Below are positions 39,349 through 49,668 of a DNA stretch of 64,000 nucleotides, one piece after another. Position 1 is the stretch's first letter, and each line of letters starts with the position of its first letter. The stretch covers positions 209,026-273,025 of the IMG/VR virus record IMGVR_UViG_3300020442_000005; one strand, given 5' to 3'. The notes beneath the pieces are model-generated. The model did not search any database. It saw nothing but the letters and a program-made list of their open reading frames with translations, and was not told where the DNA came from. A program made the position numbers and the translations under genes.

Positions 39349-39420
39349 ATTATGGTTTTCATATACTTTTGTCCTCAAACTGTATAATTATACTTTGTTA
39401 ATGATGGGCTGAGATGTTTC

Positions 39421-40227
39421 ATGAAAAATTATGTTTTAAGAAAAATCATATCAAATTTGATTGTTGAGAACTTTAAGGTCAGAGGTTATATAAAGCCGGC
39501 TGAGAGTTTTCACTCCCTTGGCGAATTACAGGCCATGGCAAATTATGTTTTAAATCTTCAGCGTGCTGGCTATGACGCGAGGGATAAAAATTCTGGACTG
39601 TTATTGAATTTGCTCTACGAATATATGCCCCATATTGAAGACGATATAGAAAGATACGGTGCGAGATTTGACATAACAAATGTATATAACTTTTTAGAAG
39701 ATTTTGCAAACCATCGAGTCTGGTCCTTTGAAGACCAGTTTGGCCAATATTTCCCGGACATAGGTAGTTTAAGATTCTCGTATTTTTATTCTAGGGGAGA
39801 CATGGAACCATATGTGCTTCTGGATGAGAACTACACAAAGCAATTGTATGGATCCACAGATAATGTATACACTGTGAAACATTATACTACCGAAGCTGGA
39901 TTGCAAAACATAGAAGCATCAATCCAAACTGGAAAACCTTTTGATATATCATGCTTCACTGCCATGAAAAAGGAATACTTTGACAAGAAATCAAATATTT
40001 TATTGACGCTCAAAGGTAACGTGAGGGCTGGCTTTAGATCTGACGTAAAATCTTTTGCTGTCGACAACGGTAGGAGAGCATGCAACTTATTTAGACTCGG
40101 ATATCCGGGGGAAGAAACAAATATCTGCGAAAACTTAGATGGATGCGAAGACAATGCTACGTCTATTTGGAATGAATATATCGCGACACCATTAGAAATT
40201 ATCAAAGTAGAGGTATTAAACAGATGA
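39421..40227 (+). CDS. leader-bearing protein, possible ART-fold domain
   Basis: VLRKIISNLIVE leader; KHYT...ISCFT...WNEYI (H-S-E spacing). Confidence 0.6.
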   Translation: MKNYVLRKIISNLIVENFKVRGYIKPAESFHSLGELQAMANYVLNLQRAGYDARDKNSGLLLNLLYEYMPHIEDDIERYGARFDITNVYNFLEDFANHRVWSFEDQFGQYFPDIGSLRFSYFYSRGDMEPYVLLDENYTKQLYGSTDNVYTVKHYTTEAGLQNIEASIQTGKPFDISCFTAMKKEYFDKKSNILLTLKGNVRAGFRSDVKSFAVDNGRRACNLFRLGYPGEETNICENLDGCEDNATSIWNEYIATPLEIIKVEVLNR

Positions 40228-40580
40228 GAACATGGAAACCATTATTTTTTGAAAACAGTTCGCTGCCATTGATTCTTTCCGTAGTGGCGCCAATTGATAT
40301 CGGAGCTATCACACTTGGACCATTCGTATTTTCGCGTGGAGAAATGTCTGAGGTCACTAAAAATCATGAAGCAATCCATTGGCAGCAATATATAGAAACC
40401 GGGATTATTGGTTTTGTGTTGCTATACTTGCTTTACTGGGTGATTGGTTTGATAAAATACAGAGATGGACAAAAGGCATACTACCAGATACCCTTTGAAC
40501 AAGAGGCATATGAAAATCACGAGGATATGGAATATTGCCTAACCAGAAAAAGATATGAATGGTTCCGGAGAAGCATCTAA
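40224..40580 (+). CDS. small zincin-like HExxH membrane-associated protein
   Basis: AITLGPFVF...HEAIH..Q...AY..I.FE.EAY. Confidence 0.7.
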   Translation: MRTWKPLFFENSSLPLILSVVAPIDIGAITLGPFVFSRGEMSEVTKNHEAIHWQQYIETGIIGFVLLYLLYWVIGLIKYRDGQKAYYQIPFEQEAYENHEDMEYCLTRKRYEWFRRSI

Positions 40581-42157
40581 TGTGGCAGCTAAGAAAATAC
40601 ATACGGAATTTATTGTTTGAAAATTTATCAGACGCAACTATTCCACCTCCACCAAAGGAATCAATCGAAGAGTTAAGTTCGGTTATTAACCAGTACTACG
40701 ACCGTGTTAACGATGATTCTGTTCAGTACGATTTAGACGAAAGGATGGAATTGCTGTTTAACGAAGTGGTCGAAAAGAACAGTGGGGAAAACGTTGTTGA
40801 ATATGTCAAGGAACTAAAGACGCATCCACTGGAAATAGTGTCAGCACTCAAGGAATACTTTGCAAGAAAAAGACCCGAAGATGTCGCCGCAGATTTTGGT
40901 ATTGACTGGAAGAGTGATAGCGTTGATATGAAAACTATTAACAACAGTTATTCATATCCATCCGGTCACACTGCTCAATCTTATTATGTTGCACTTAAAC
41001 TATGTGATAGATATCCACAGCTTAGGAATGAGTTGTTTGAAGTAGCAGAAGCAGTTGCGCAATCTAGAATCGATCGTGGCGTACATTTTCCTTCTGATTT
41101 AGATGCTGGTCGAATTGTAGCAAATCAGCTATACCAACAAAATAAAACAAGCACTCCTGTAATTCTTGAGGGCATGGTAAGTCCAAACTCCGTATCAGGA
41201 AAATATGCAATATGGGCAGACATATCAGCGGATCAGGCTGGAAACCTCGACGAAGATTTGACGTCAATTGATTTTCTAATGTACGACTGGTCTGCCGCGG
41301 TTAAACACATTGAAGACGAGCTCAAAGAAGCCACCGCAGACGGTCGCCCAGGCGCACTAGAAATGGTCAGGGACTACGGGATTCTTGAAGCCATTACAGA
41401 TAGCGCTGTTGCATGCATGCGAGTGAGACCGTACGGCGATTACGAAGGATGCAATAGTGCTTGGGAAGTTATTAGATCAGCGGCAGATGGCGGTTTGGGT
41501 CCGACAATGTACGATTTAATTATGTCAATCGCTCCGAATGGTTTGTTTGCTGATAGATCAGAAGTTTCTCCGGCTGCTCAAAGTGTGTATCATTTTTATG
41601 CAAACAGACGAACCAGCGTAGATAAAGATTTTCTCGACCCGGGTGGATTCACAGATACAGAATATGATGACTGTAGGACCTACGGTCGCAGAGCTGATCC
41701 GTTACGTTATGCGACTAGAATGATGGCAATGGATTATTTTGATACCGAATGGCCAGACGAGCACACTCAGTTTAAGGACAATGCTGACCTTTCAGTTCTA
41801 GAACAAGCCGGCAGCGGAGATGCTGACACCTATTTCAGAGTTGTGTCAGAATGGATTATTGATAATGTGGATCCCGACTGGGATGAAGATACCTGGTACG
41901 AATGGAAAGTAGACGGTGAGCTTGATCTAATGCGTTATTGGAAGTCCGGCCCAGATCCAACCTTCGAAGATCCGGATTATTTAAATCTTTCGTACAATAC
42001 AAACTATGCGGTTTCTAGTTTCGAAGAGATGGAAGAAAACCATATGGCATTTATAAATGAAATATCAGATATGATACCAGGCTCAGAGGAAAGATTTTAT
42101 GAAGATCCCGAAGCCTTACATTTTGCTGTCAGAGATTTTTTCAGGGAGAGAGTTTGA
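40580..42157 (+). CDS. leader plus PAP2 phosphatase plus GNAT-like fusion
   Basis: MWQLRKYIRNLLFE; K..F.R.RP, SYPSGH, SR...GVHFPSD; then VILE; GLGPTMYD...GLFADR..VS.AA. Confidence 0.78.
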   Translation: MWQLRKYIRNLLFENLSDATIPPPPKESIEELSSVINQYYDRVNDDSVQYDLDERMELLFNEVVEKNSGENVVEYVKELKTHPLEIVSALKEYFARKRPEDVAADFGIDWKSDSVDMKTINNSYSYPSGHTAQSYYVALKLCDRYPQLRNELFEVAEAVAQSRIDRGVHFPSDLDAGRIVANQLYQQNKTSTPVILEGMVSPNSVSGKYAIWADISADQAGNLDEDLTSIDFLMYDWSAAVKHIEDELKEATADGRPGALEMVRDYGILEAITDSAVACMRVRPYGDYEGCNSAWEVIRSAADGGLGPTMYDLIMSIAPNGLFADRSEVSPAAQSVYHFYANRRTSVDKDFLDPGGFTDTEYDDCRTYGRRADPLRYATRMMAMDYFDTEWPDEHTQFKDNADLSVLEQAGSGDADTYFRVVSEWIIDNVDPDWDEDTWYEWKVDGELDLMRYWKSGPDPTFEDPDYLNLSYNTNYAVSSFEEMEENHMAFINEISDMIPGSEERFYEDPEALHFAVRDFFRERV

Positions 42158-43368
42158 TGGCAAATAAAAGAATACCAAGAAAGAAGGGTCAAAGAAGAAA
42201 CAGTAAAAAGCATTCTGATCTGTACACTGATGAAAACCCAAAAGGAACTATAAAAGGTTTGAAGTTTGCGACTGTCAAAGATGCAAAGGCTAGCGTGAGT
42301 AAAATTAAAAAGTCCTCGCGTTCACATAATCACAAGACACAAGCTGCAATTGCAATGGAACAACGAGCAAAAGCAGCCGGCAAGAAATCGGCTGCAGCAG
42401 TTTATAGAAAGTTTATTGAGCAACAAAAGAAGAAAACTAAAGCAAAAAACGAAACTACGAGGGCTGATCTGTTTTTGGATAGACCAACGTCTCATGTTGA
42501 CTACGACGAGTCTGTAAACGATCAAATAGCTGATTACATGGTCGATATGATGCTTATCAGAGAATACATACGGGACATTATTGTTGAGAATATGGTTTCT
42601 GTTGCAGGCGATACTATGATAACAAAGTTCAGGGAGCTTATCAATCGGTACGACGCACCAACGGGGTGGCAAGTCGAGGATCCACATTTCTTTGAGTCCG
42701 GTGGAGGAAATAGCTTGATTGGCCAAATACGTTTGCAAGGCACAAGGGAAGCACTTCCGAATCTTGACAGTGAGGTCGAAAAGCAAAAACTAAGCGCAAT
42801 ATACGCTCCATTTGCAAACCGCCGAGGTTGGAATCTTCTTCAAGTACGTGAGGAACCATTGCCATCTAGAAACCCAATTATTATGTACGAGTTAAAGTTT
42901 GATAAACAACCAAACACAAAAAATACAAACTATTTCATGTCAACTCAAGAACTACAAATCAAAGAGCAAGTGCTTCTTCATCTTACTAAGGAAAGTTATC
43001 TAAAGTCAATTCAGTCAGGCGGTTTTAAACCGGCAAGAAGCTCGTCAGACGGAATAAACTTTGGTAACGGCCGAGCCTATTTTGTATCGTGCTCTAGAAT
43101 GGATTGGGAAGATTCAAGAGATGCTGCAATTGGCTGGTTTTCTCGCGCGACAGAAACTGAGGGTTTTGCTGGAATCGACCCAACAGAAAAGCAAGTCTTG
43201 TTGGTAATTGATCCAGAGAAGATGAGGAACAACATACAATTTTACGTTGATACAGAATTTGGCTACGGTTCGGGTACAGTAGGTTATTCCGGAGTTTGGG
43301 GCGGGAAAGCAATTTATACCCCGGGGCACATACGGGCAACTGCAATTGAAGAGGTTATAGATTTATGA
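42157..43368 (+). CDS. basic N-terminal module plus internal leader plus putative ART-fold domain
   Basis: HSDLYTDENPKGTI module; internal LIREYIRDIIVE; LLHLT...I...GFKP...AYF...LLVID...IYT..HI. Confidence 0.65.
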   Translation: MANKRIPRKKGQRRNSKKHSDLYTDENPKGTIKGLKFATVKDAKASVSKIKKSSRSHNHKTQAAIAMEQRAKAAGKKSAAAVYRKFIEQQKKKTKAKNETTRADLFLDRPTSHVDYDESVNDQIADYMVDMMLIREYIRDIIVENMVSVAGDTMITKFRELINRYDAPTGWQVEDPHFFESGGGNSLIGQIRLQGTREALPNLDSEVEKQKLSAIYAPFANRRGWNLLQVREEPLPSRNPIIMYELKFDKQPNTKNTNYFMSTQELQIKEQVLLHLTKESYLKSIQSGGFKPARSSSDGINFGNGRAYFVSCSRMDWEDSRDAAIGWFSRATETEGFAGIDPTEKQVLLVIDPEKMRNNIQFYVDTEFGYGSGTVGYSGVWGGKAIYTPGHIRATAIEEVIDL

Positions 43369-44129
43369 GCACACTTAGAAAAACAATACGAAAAATATTA
43401 CTAGAGTCGGCTGTGTTGGCGGACGAACAGGCAATTGCCGTAATGAAAAAAGAAGATTTGATCTTCGTAGTTAGCATGTTAGCACCTTATGAAGGAACTA
43501 TAGCTCTTTTGCGAAGGAAATACTATGACATCGAAAACGACGATTACAACCTGTCCGATGCGGTTGGGCAGATTCAATTAGGTTCTGCGGGCGAAGAAAC
43601 AATGCAGGTTTCATTCTCTGAACTTTACCGTCAATTTCGAAACAAAGGTCTGGGCAAGCTATTATATAACGTTGCTTTGATGGCATGCACTGACGAAAAC
43701 GTTTGGCTTATGTCTGACAGGAACGATGTTTCATCCAAGGCTCAAAGGATTTGGCAAACTTGGAGCAAGCTTCCTGAATTATATGATATCGAGCAAATGG
43801 ATCATGACATGATAGGCGATGATTATTTTTTGACTGATGACGAAGATGATGATATGGTGCAAAACTCTTTCAACAATGACCAATGGCGTCCGGTATCCCC
43901 TCGAATCGAGCGCTTGCCTGACGAAGCGTACACAAGTCACGAGATGTCCGACGGTCGTTTTTTCACGGTTGAAAAAGATTCATGGTTCTTCTATGACCCA
44001 GATTACAAAAAACAGTATTTGGATTCTGGATTAACAAAAAGATTCCAGATGAAAGATGCGTACGCATTGTCAAGTTATCTAGAACAAGAAGGTTTACTTT
44101 ACTACTCGTACGAGGGACCTGCTTCATGA
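43365..44129 (+). CDS. leader plus GNAT-like acetyltransferase
   Basis: LRKTIRKILLE; FRNKGLGKLLY (motif A), LMSDR..VS..A..IW. Confidence 0.75.
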   Translation: MSTLRKTIRKILLESAVLADEQAIAVMKKEDLIFVVSMLAPYEGTIALLRRKYYDIENDDYNLSDAVGQIQLGSAGEETMQVSFSELYRQFRNKGLGKLLYNVALMACTDENVWLMSDRNDVSSKAQRIWQTWSKLPELYDIEQMDHDMIGDDYFLTDDEDDDMVQNSFNNDQWRPVSPRIERLPDEAYTSHEMSDGRFFTVEKDSWFFYDPDYKKQYLDSGLTKRFQMKDAYALSSYLEQEGLLYYSYEGPAS

Positions 44130-44740
44130 AAAATTTAAGACGATACATAAGGAGCACGCTTTTAACTGAGGTTTGTGCCGGTGCAACAGCGCAGATTCAG
44201 AAAGGTCTAGACGTTATTGAACAAAGAGACCTTAGAGTTGAAGTCTACATAGATGGAAACGATGGATATGATGTGATTCTAGTGTCAGGAGATGGGATAA
44301 GACGTGGACGGTTTGAGGTTACGACAGTCAAGAATTGCCCGGCTTATTCGACTATGTGGACCGAAGTTGATTGGAATCTAAAAAAAACCGGCGTTGGGGC
44401 TGTAATGTATGACATTGCAGTAGAGGTTGCTACAAAACTTGGCGGACACTTGGCGTGTGATAGAGGATCTGTGAGCGATTCCGCGAAGCGCATGTGGAGA
44501 TACTATACTTCATCGGATGATTACGAAGCATTCCAGTTAGACACACCAGACTCTACTTTTACGCCGATAAAAAGTGATGATTGTCAACAGTACATTTTTC
44601 ACAGAGAAACAAAATTATATAGTGGTGATGAAGGTTTCGAACAAGAATTTATGGCATCGCCTTTTACAAAAGCTTTTCGAAAAAAGAAAATAACGACAAT
44701 TCCATGTTTGGGTAATCGATACTCGGAGATTAGAGTATGA
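44126..44740 (+). CDS. leader plus GNAT-like acetyltransferase
   Basis: MKNLRRYIRSTLLTE; LKKTGVGAVMYD, LACDR.SVS..A...W. Confidence 0.72.
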   Translation: MKNLRRYIRSTLLTEVCAGATAQIQKGLDVIEQRDLRVEVYIDGNDGYDVILVSGDGIRRGRFEVTTVKNCPAYSTMWTEVDWNLKKTGVGAVMYDIAVEVATKLGGHLACDRGSVSDSAKRMWRYYTSSDDYEAFQLDTPDSTFTPIKSDDCQQYIFHRETKLYSGDEGFEQEFMASPFTKAFRKKKITTIPCLGNRYSEIRV

Positions 44741-45693
44741 AAAATTTAAGACAATACATAAGAAAGATTTTGATAGAGTCTGCCAATACAATACACCCAA
44801 AGATTAAAAGCATGCTTGACGAGCTAGAAGAAAATTATGGAGAGATTAACATCCAAAATTATCCCAACCAGGGGCAACTTGTTGAGATAAGGTTTTATGC
44901 TGGCGCTCAGCATGGTGATAGGTATTATAACACTGGTGTTGGCGGTGGATCTGATGCTGGCGCCGTGTTCGCAATGTATTCCAAGGATAGTGTTGTTCCA
45001 TCTATGTCTACGAAAATAGGCAATTGCAATGGTGCAGTGCCCATCGGTGGTGTAGATGGCAGTCAGATCGCAGTAGAATATGGCTTTGGTCCGTTGCTTT
45101 ATGATGTTCTTTTTGATGCGGCAGTTATGCTGAGTGGAGCTACTGGGCTGACTTGCGATTACTATTCCGTAAGCGACGAAGCATACAACGTTTGGAATTA
45201 TTATCTAAAAAACCGGCCAGATATGATTGCAAAACAAAAAGACTTGACACAATATCCTCGCACTCCCGATGAATCCGATGATTGTACCGGGCCTGGTGCC
45301 GGCGGAAGTTTTGGATATAGATCCGTTGCGAAGCGGTTCGGCTTTGATAAATCTTACGGTGTAAAAGCGTCAGACAAGGATGGCATGCCGGTCCGGACCG
45401 GAGAACTTACACCGGAGTTTATCGATCATTGGTTCGACCCGGAAAACCCTCTTTCGAAAACCTATCATAGGAAAAGCGGTGGCACACCGGTCATCGATTA
45501 CTTGCGATCAAATTTTCTTTTAAACCCTAAGGCTGCAAAAGTCATAGGGCAACCGTACTCTCCGGCTGAGCTAAAAAAAGTATGGGACAGAACCATAGGC
45601 ATAGAAGAGGCCGGATATCCAGATTACATGGCAAAAAAAGCAAAGCAATGGCAGCAAAACTTTGGAGCAAACGCCGAGGATCTATTAGCATGA
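44737..45693 (+). CDS. leader plus GNAT-like acetyltransferase
   Basis: MKNLRQYIRKILIE; GFGPLLYD, GLTCD..SVS.EA..VW. Confidence 0.7.
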   Translation: MKNLRQYIRKILIESANTIHPKIKSMLDELEENYGEINIQNYPNQGQLVEIRFYAGAQHGDRYYNTGVGGGSDAGAVFAMYSKDSVVPSMSTKIGNCNGAVPIGGVDGSQIAVEYGFGPLLYDVLFDAAVMLSGATGLTCDYYSVSDEAYNVWNYYLKNRPDMIAKQKDLTQYPRTPDESDDCTGPGAGGSFGYRSVAKRFGFDKSYGVKASDKDGMPVRTGELTPEFIDHWFDPENPLSKTYHRKSGGTPVIDYLRSNFLLNPKAAKVIGQPYSPAELKKVWDRTIGIEEAGYPDYMAKKAKQWQQNFGANAEDLLA

Positions 45694-46382
45694 ACCAATT
45701 GAGAAATTACATAAGGCAAGTTTTAGTTGAAATGGCTGCACCGCGACCAATTGACTTAGATGCTGTATATTATCATGGGACACCTACGAAGGCAAATGCC
45801 GAGGATATAATGATCAATGGTATAAAGGCACCTGATTTGTCGTCCAGAGAAGGCTATCTTCGACCAGTTGAAGGAAAAGTTTATCTCACAAGAGATTTGG
45901 CATACGCTCAAATCTATGCTTTGGGCGGTGACCTTGCAGGCAAAAATGTTCCTGATTCGTTTAAGGGATATGGACAATACGGGTATGTTTTTGTTGTCGA
46001 CGGCAAACAGCTAAAAGACATACAACCAGATGAAGACAGTGTTGGCGAATTGGTATATAACGAGGAAATAGATTGGCTTGATGAGTTAGCTAAGGATATC
46101 CTTAAATACGAAGAATACGATGACTTCGGGCAGGATCTTGGCTATAGAAACCTTTACGATGCGATAATTGGCGGCGAATACGACGCATGGGCTGCCGGAG
46201 GCAAAATTTTGTTAGATGAAATGTCTGATGATCAAAAACTTAATCTACTCGATTATGGTGCCCATGTTGCACACACAGGAAATCTCATACCAAAAGAAAC
46301 ATGGAGAATAGAAAGAAATAAAACACCCGAATTGCAGAAAGATGGTTCGAACTTTTTTGATCTAGCGGAGCGGATAAAGTGA
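45690..46382 (+). CDS. leader plus putative ADP-ribosyltransferase-fold protein
   Basis: MNQLRNYIRQVLVE; YYHGT...I...GI...VYLT...A..YA...PDED. Confidence 0.65.
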   Translation: MNQLRNYIRQVLVEMAAPRPIDLDAVYYHGTPTKANAEDIMINGIKAPDLSSREGYLRPVEGKVYLTRDLAYAQIYALGGDLAGKNVPDSFKGYGQYGYVFVVDGKQLKDIQPDEDSVGELVYNEEIDWLDELAKDILKYEEYDDFGQDLGYRNLYDAIIGGEYDAWAAGGKILLDEMSDDQKLNLLDYGAHVAHTGNLIPKETWRIERNKTPELQKDGSNFFDLAERIK

Positions 46383-47050
46383 AAGTGTTAAGGCAATACG
46401 TAAGACAGATACTTCTGACAGAAGCAATGAAAACAGAAACGGATCTACCCGACGATATCGGCGTTGAAATTTACGATTATAAAAAATCGGCTGCCTATAT
46501 TGGCTTTTGCGAAATTGATAAAAACGGAAATTACGTAAAAAGTTTATCTCCCGGACTTGAAGTAGCTGAAAATACAATTTTTAGTTCAGAACCAGAACCT
46601 TTACCCGAGAAGTTTCGGCATCCCTCCGGTATTTTTGGCACCGTTGGAATAGAACTATTGAGAGACTGGGGAGATCCGGACTGTGATGGCGCATGGATCA
46701 TAACTAACACGGTAGCGACACCAGGCTACGGTCCATTACTTTACGATGTTGCAATTGAATGGGCTACCATGCATGGCACCGGCCTTGTGTCTGATCGATA
46801 TAATGTTTCAGATGACGCGCGAAAAGTTTGGGCAAAGTATGCGGCACGGATTGATGTCGACAAGTTTCAATGTGACGACGAAAACAATGCATTAACACCT
46901 ATTGACTCTGATAACTTAGAGCAACATGCCGCAAGGAAAAACTTGCCAGGTGGTTCAGACTTTACCAGTAGTCCTTTGAGCAAACGCTATTCAAAGAGTC
47001 CCACAAGAATAAATAGCCTTAAGTCCCTCAGAAAACTGTTTTTTACATAA
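46379..47050 (+). CDS. leader plus GNAT-like acetyltransferase
   Basis: VLRQYVRQILLTE-AMKT; GYGPLLYDVAIEWA, GLVSDR..VS..A..VW. Confidence 0.72.
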   Translation: MKVLRQYVRQILLTEAMKTETDLPDDIGVEIYDYKKSAAYIGFCEIDKNGNYVKSLSPGLEVAENTIFSSEPEPLPEKFRHPSGIFGTVGIELLRDWGDPDCDGAWIITNTVATPGYGPLLYDVAIEWATMHGTGLVSDRYNVSDDARKVWAKYAARIDVDKFQCDDENNALTPIDSDNLEQHAARKNLPGGSDFTSSPLSKRYSKSPTRINSLKSLRKLFFT

Positions 47051-47063
47051 ATGAGATTACAAA

Positions 47064-47894
47064 ATGAAATACTTACAACAATATATAAGGCAGCTGCTCA
47101 TAGAAGTATACGAACTGGATGACCAGCAGAAAGTGAATAGGGATAGTCTAATCAGAATGGACTACGGTGGAAAAGAAATGGCACACGTTGCGGGTCTAGA
47201 CACGGCTGAAGAACAACGTGAAGATCGGGAACTTCTTCGAAGATATCAAGAAGGACTGCTGTCTACAAGCCATGGTAAAAAATTGATTAGAGCCTTTCGA
47301 AACGGTGACGTCACGATCTTGCATGATATCACATACGAGGGCGCCGCGGCAAGATCAGGTTTAGGAGGAACAAAAAATAAAAAAGCTTTAGCTTCTGACT
47401 GGATCCGTAAATATGGAAGATCTGGTAACGACACTCTCTCGACAATTGCTTGTTATCTTCCTCCTACCGAGTCACTTCCCGGCATAGAACTCCATGGTAA
47501 TTCCAAGTTTGTCATGTCTAACAGGGGAATGATCATGAAAGGTTATCCAGTATTTGTTGCAAAAGAAGATGTGATGTCACAGACGATCGGCGCATTAGAC
47601 GACAAAATGAAAGCACACTGGAAAACCTCCGGCATGCCAAAGAGGCCGGCAAAATCTAGAGTACGATTCGATGATTTTGGTGATATGGAAGGAATCCAGG
47701 GCTTGCGGCATCTTAAAAAGTTGCTTGTATCCAATGAAACTCTTCTAGATAATTGGACAATAATAGGCACATACATTGGTAGTAGTGGAAATTCTGACAA
47801 TGATGTACAAGCATGGATAGCAGATTCCCTTAGCCTTGGATTGCCCTGTAACGTATATAATCAATATGGCAACCTAACGAGGTATGAACCATGA
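47064..47894 (+). CDS. leader plus LDNW-family protein (putative ART fold)
   Basis: MKYLQQYIRQLLIE; ILH...LST...KGYPV...DVMSQT...NETLLDNW. Confidence 0.6.
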   Translation: MKYLQQYIRQLLIEVYELDDQQKVNRDSLIRMDYGGKEMAHVAGLDTAEEQREDRELLRRYQEGLLSTSHGKKLIRAFRNGDVTILHDITYEGAAARSGLGGTKNKKALASDWIRKYGRSGNDTLSTIACYLPPTESLPGIELHGNSKFVMSNRGMIMKGYPVFVAKEDVMSQTIGALDDKMKAHWKTSGMPKRPAKSRVRFDDFGDMEGIQGLRHLKKLLVSNETLLDNWTIIGTYIGSSGNSDNDVQAWIADSLSLGLPCNVYNQYGNLTRYEP

Positions 47895-48604
47895 AAAACT
47901 TAAGAGAATACATAAGACAAATACTGACTGAATCAGCATATAACAGACGAGACGCGTTCATCGCGGATTTATCCAGCGCAAATTTCGATCATCACTACCG
48001 TGAAAAAGGACAAGATGATGAGGCGTATAGACGGATGTCTGCCACTGGACGTCAACTAAAGAAGGCTTTTACTTCACACGCGGACAGGGATTGGCTGAAC
48101 AGTCTAGTATATGTCCACTGGACAAGAAAGAGACGAAAAGCACTTGCGTTTCTTGCCCCGGAAATAATTAAAGATGTAAGGGTTCAATCTTCACGCGATG
48201 AATTAAGCACAATGGTGTATAAACCTGGCGCTGTGGATGGAAGCGGTTATGATTTCGGCAAATACGGATTACTTATTCGTGGCTTTGTTACACTGTTAAG
48301 CAACGACATGAACTCCGTTGATAGTGGGTACACAGGAGGCTACGCACAAGCCGATCCACAAAGGGTAGCCTCGTCCGGTGCGAATAAGGGGATTGGAGTA
48401 GCAGTCGTTGACGACATAGCTTTAGATGAGAGCGAATGGGCTCCTGTCTTCGACGGAGGCGGTAACGAAGCATTCGTCGACAACTGGAATATTTATGGAG
48501 TGATTGTTCCAGACGAAGAACACGAAACGTTTTCTAGATTCCTAGAAAAAATCAAACAACAAACAGGAAGAGAATACTTATTACTAAAAGGGAGTGAACT
48601 CTGA
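47891..48604 (+). CDS. leader plus DNW-family protein (putative ART fold)
   Basis: MKNLREYIRQILTE; YVHW...DELST...NEAFVDNW. Confidence 0.6.
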   Translation: MKNLREYIRQILTESAYNRRDAFIADLSSANFDHHYREKGQDDEAYRRMSATGRQLKKAFTSHADRDWLNSLVYVHWTRKRRKALAFLAPEIIKDVRVQSSRDELSTMVYKPGAVDGSGYDFGKYGLLIRGFVTLLSNDMNSVDSGYTGGYAQADPQRVASSGANKGIGVAVVDDIALDESEWAPVFDGGGNEAFVDNWNIYGVIVPDEEHETFSRFLEKIKQQTGREYLLLKGSEL

Positions 48605-49035
48605 TGAAAAAATTACGTAAATTTATAAGAAAAACATTGCTCAACGAGAATCCAGGCGCAAAGTTTGGTTTAGACAAATGGACTTACGACTCGTATCTAG
48701 ATAAAATTGCAGATTTAATCATGAGCGGTAAACTTGGGCTGATGGAATCTGGTCTTATGATGGCAGAGACATATGGATTAATCGAGGATAAGCCGCCCTT
48801 TAAGGTCGTGAATGAAATTGAGGGTCCTTACAATTACGGATTGACTTTTATATCAAAGAACCTATTCCTTGTCGATGTGACCATACTGGATCCGGATCTT
48901 GGAAACCGGATTTGGGCAAAAAGAAATGCCAGGAATGCACCTATGATCCAAGAGCCACCAACACACGGACCAGCGGCACGTCAGCCTTTACAGTTTCCGC
49001 TGCGCATCATATTTGGATATCTGGAAAGAGAATAA
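48604..49035 (+). CDS. leader plus unknown domain
   Basis: MKKLRKFIRKTLLNE; KIADLI..G similar to 50366 gene. Confidence 0.68.
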   Translation: MKKLRKFIRKTLLNENPGAKFGLDKWTYDSYLDKIADLIMSGKLGLMESGLMMAETYGLIEDKPPFKVVNEIEGPYNYGLTFISKNLFLVDVTILDPDLGNRIWAKRNARNAPMIQEPPTHGPAARQPLQFPLRIIFGYLERE

Positions 49036-49038
49036 ACC

Positions 49039-49668
49039 ATGAAGTACTTGCGGCAATACATAAGAAAGATACTTTTGACGGAAGCGATGAAAACACCAGC
49101 AGATCTGCCGGATGACATCGTCGTTGTAATTGACGCCGATAGTAAAGAAGCATCAATTTATTATGGTCTGGCCAATAATCCTTCCGAGTACGCACCTGAG
49201 CTGAAACCTGAGCTCTATGGTCTCAGCTCAACCGACTACATGGGCGCGATAGACATATATTCACCAGCAAAGGGGCTTTTTTATCCTTGGTATGGGAATT
49301 GTGGCGACGCTTGGATGGTCGGCGGCTCTGCTGCTCAAGAAGGCTTCGGGCCTTTGCTCTATGATATAGCAATTGAGTGGGCTACACAAAATGGTGGTGG
49401 ACTTATTTCTGACAGAAGCAGCGTATCCCCCGATGCTCAGGACGTTTGGTCCTACTACGAACGAAACAGAGATGACGTAACAGCCCATCAGCTTGATGAC
49501 CTTGAGAATACTCTTACACCTGAAGATGAAGATAACTGCGATCAAAAGATTGGCAGGTCAACCGTATCGGGGATGTATGATACCTGGCAAGATAGTCAAT
49601 TAAGTAAGCGTTATACAAAGCCACCAACAACAATGCAAGCGCTTGGCAAAAAACTGGTGATCCTATGA
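49039..49668 (+). CDS. leader plus GNAT-like acetyltransferase
   Basis: MKYLRQYIRKILLTE-AMKTP; GFGPLLYDIAIEWATQNGGGLISDR. Confidence 0.72.
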   Translation: MKYLRQYIRKILLTEAMKTPADLPDDIVVVIDADSKEASIYYGLANNPSEYAPELKPELYGLSSTDYMGAIDIYSPAKGLFYPWYGNCGDAWMVGGSAAQEGFGPLLYDIAIEWATQNGGGLISDRSSVSPDAQDVWSYYERNRDDVTAHQLDDLENTLTPEDEDNCDQKIGRSTVSGMYDTWQDSQLSKRYTKPPTTMQALGKKLVIL

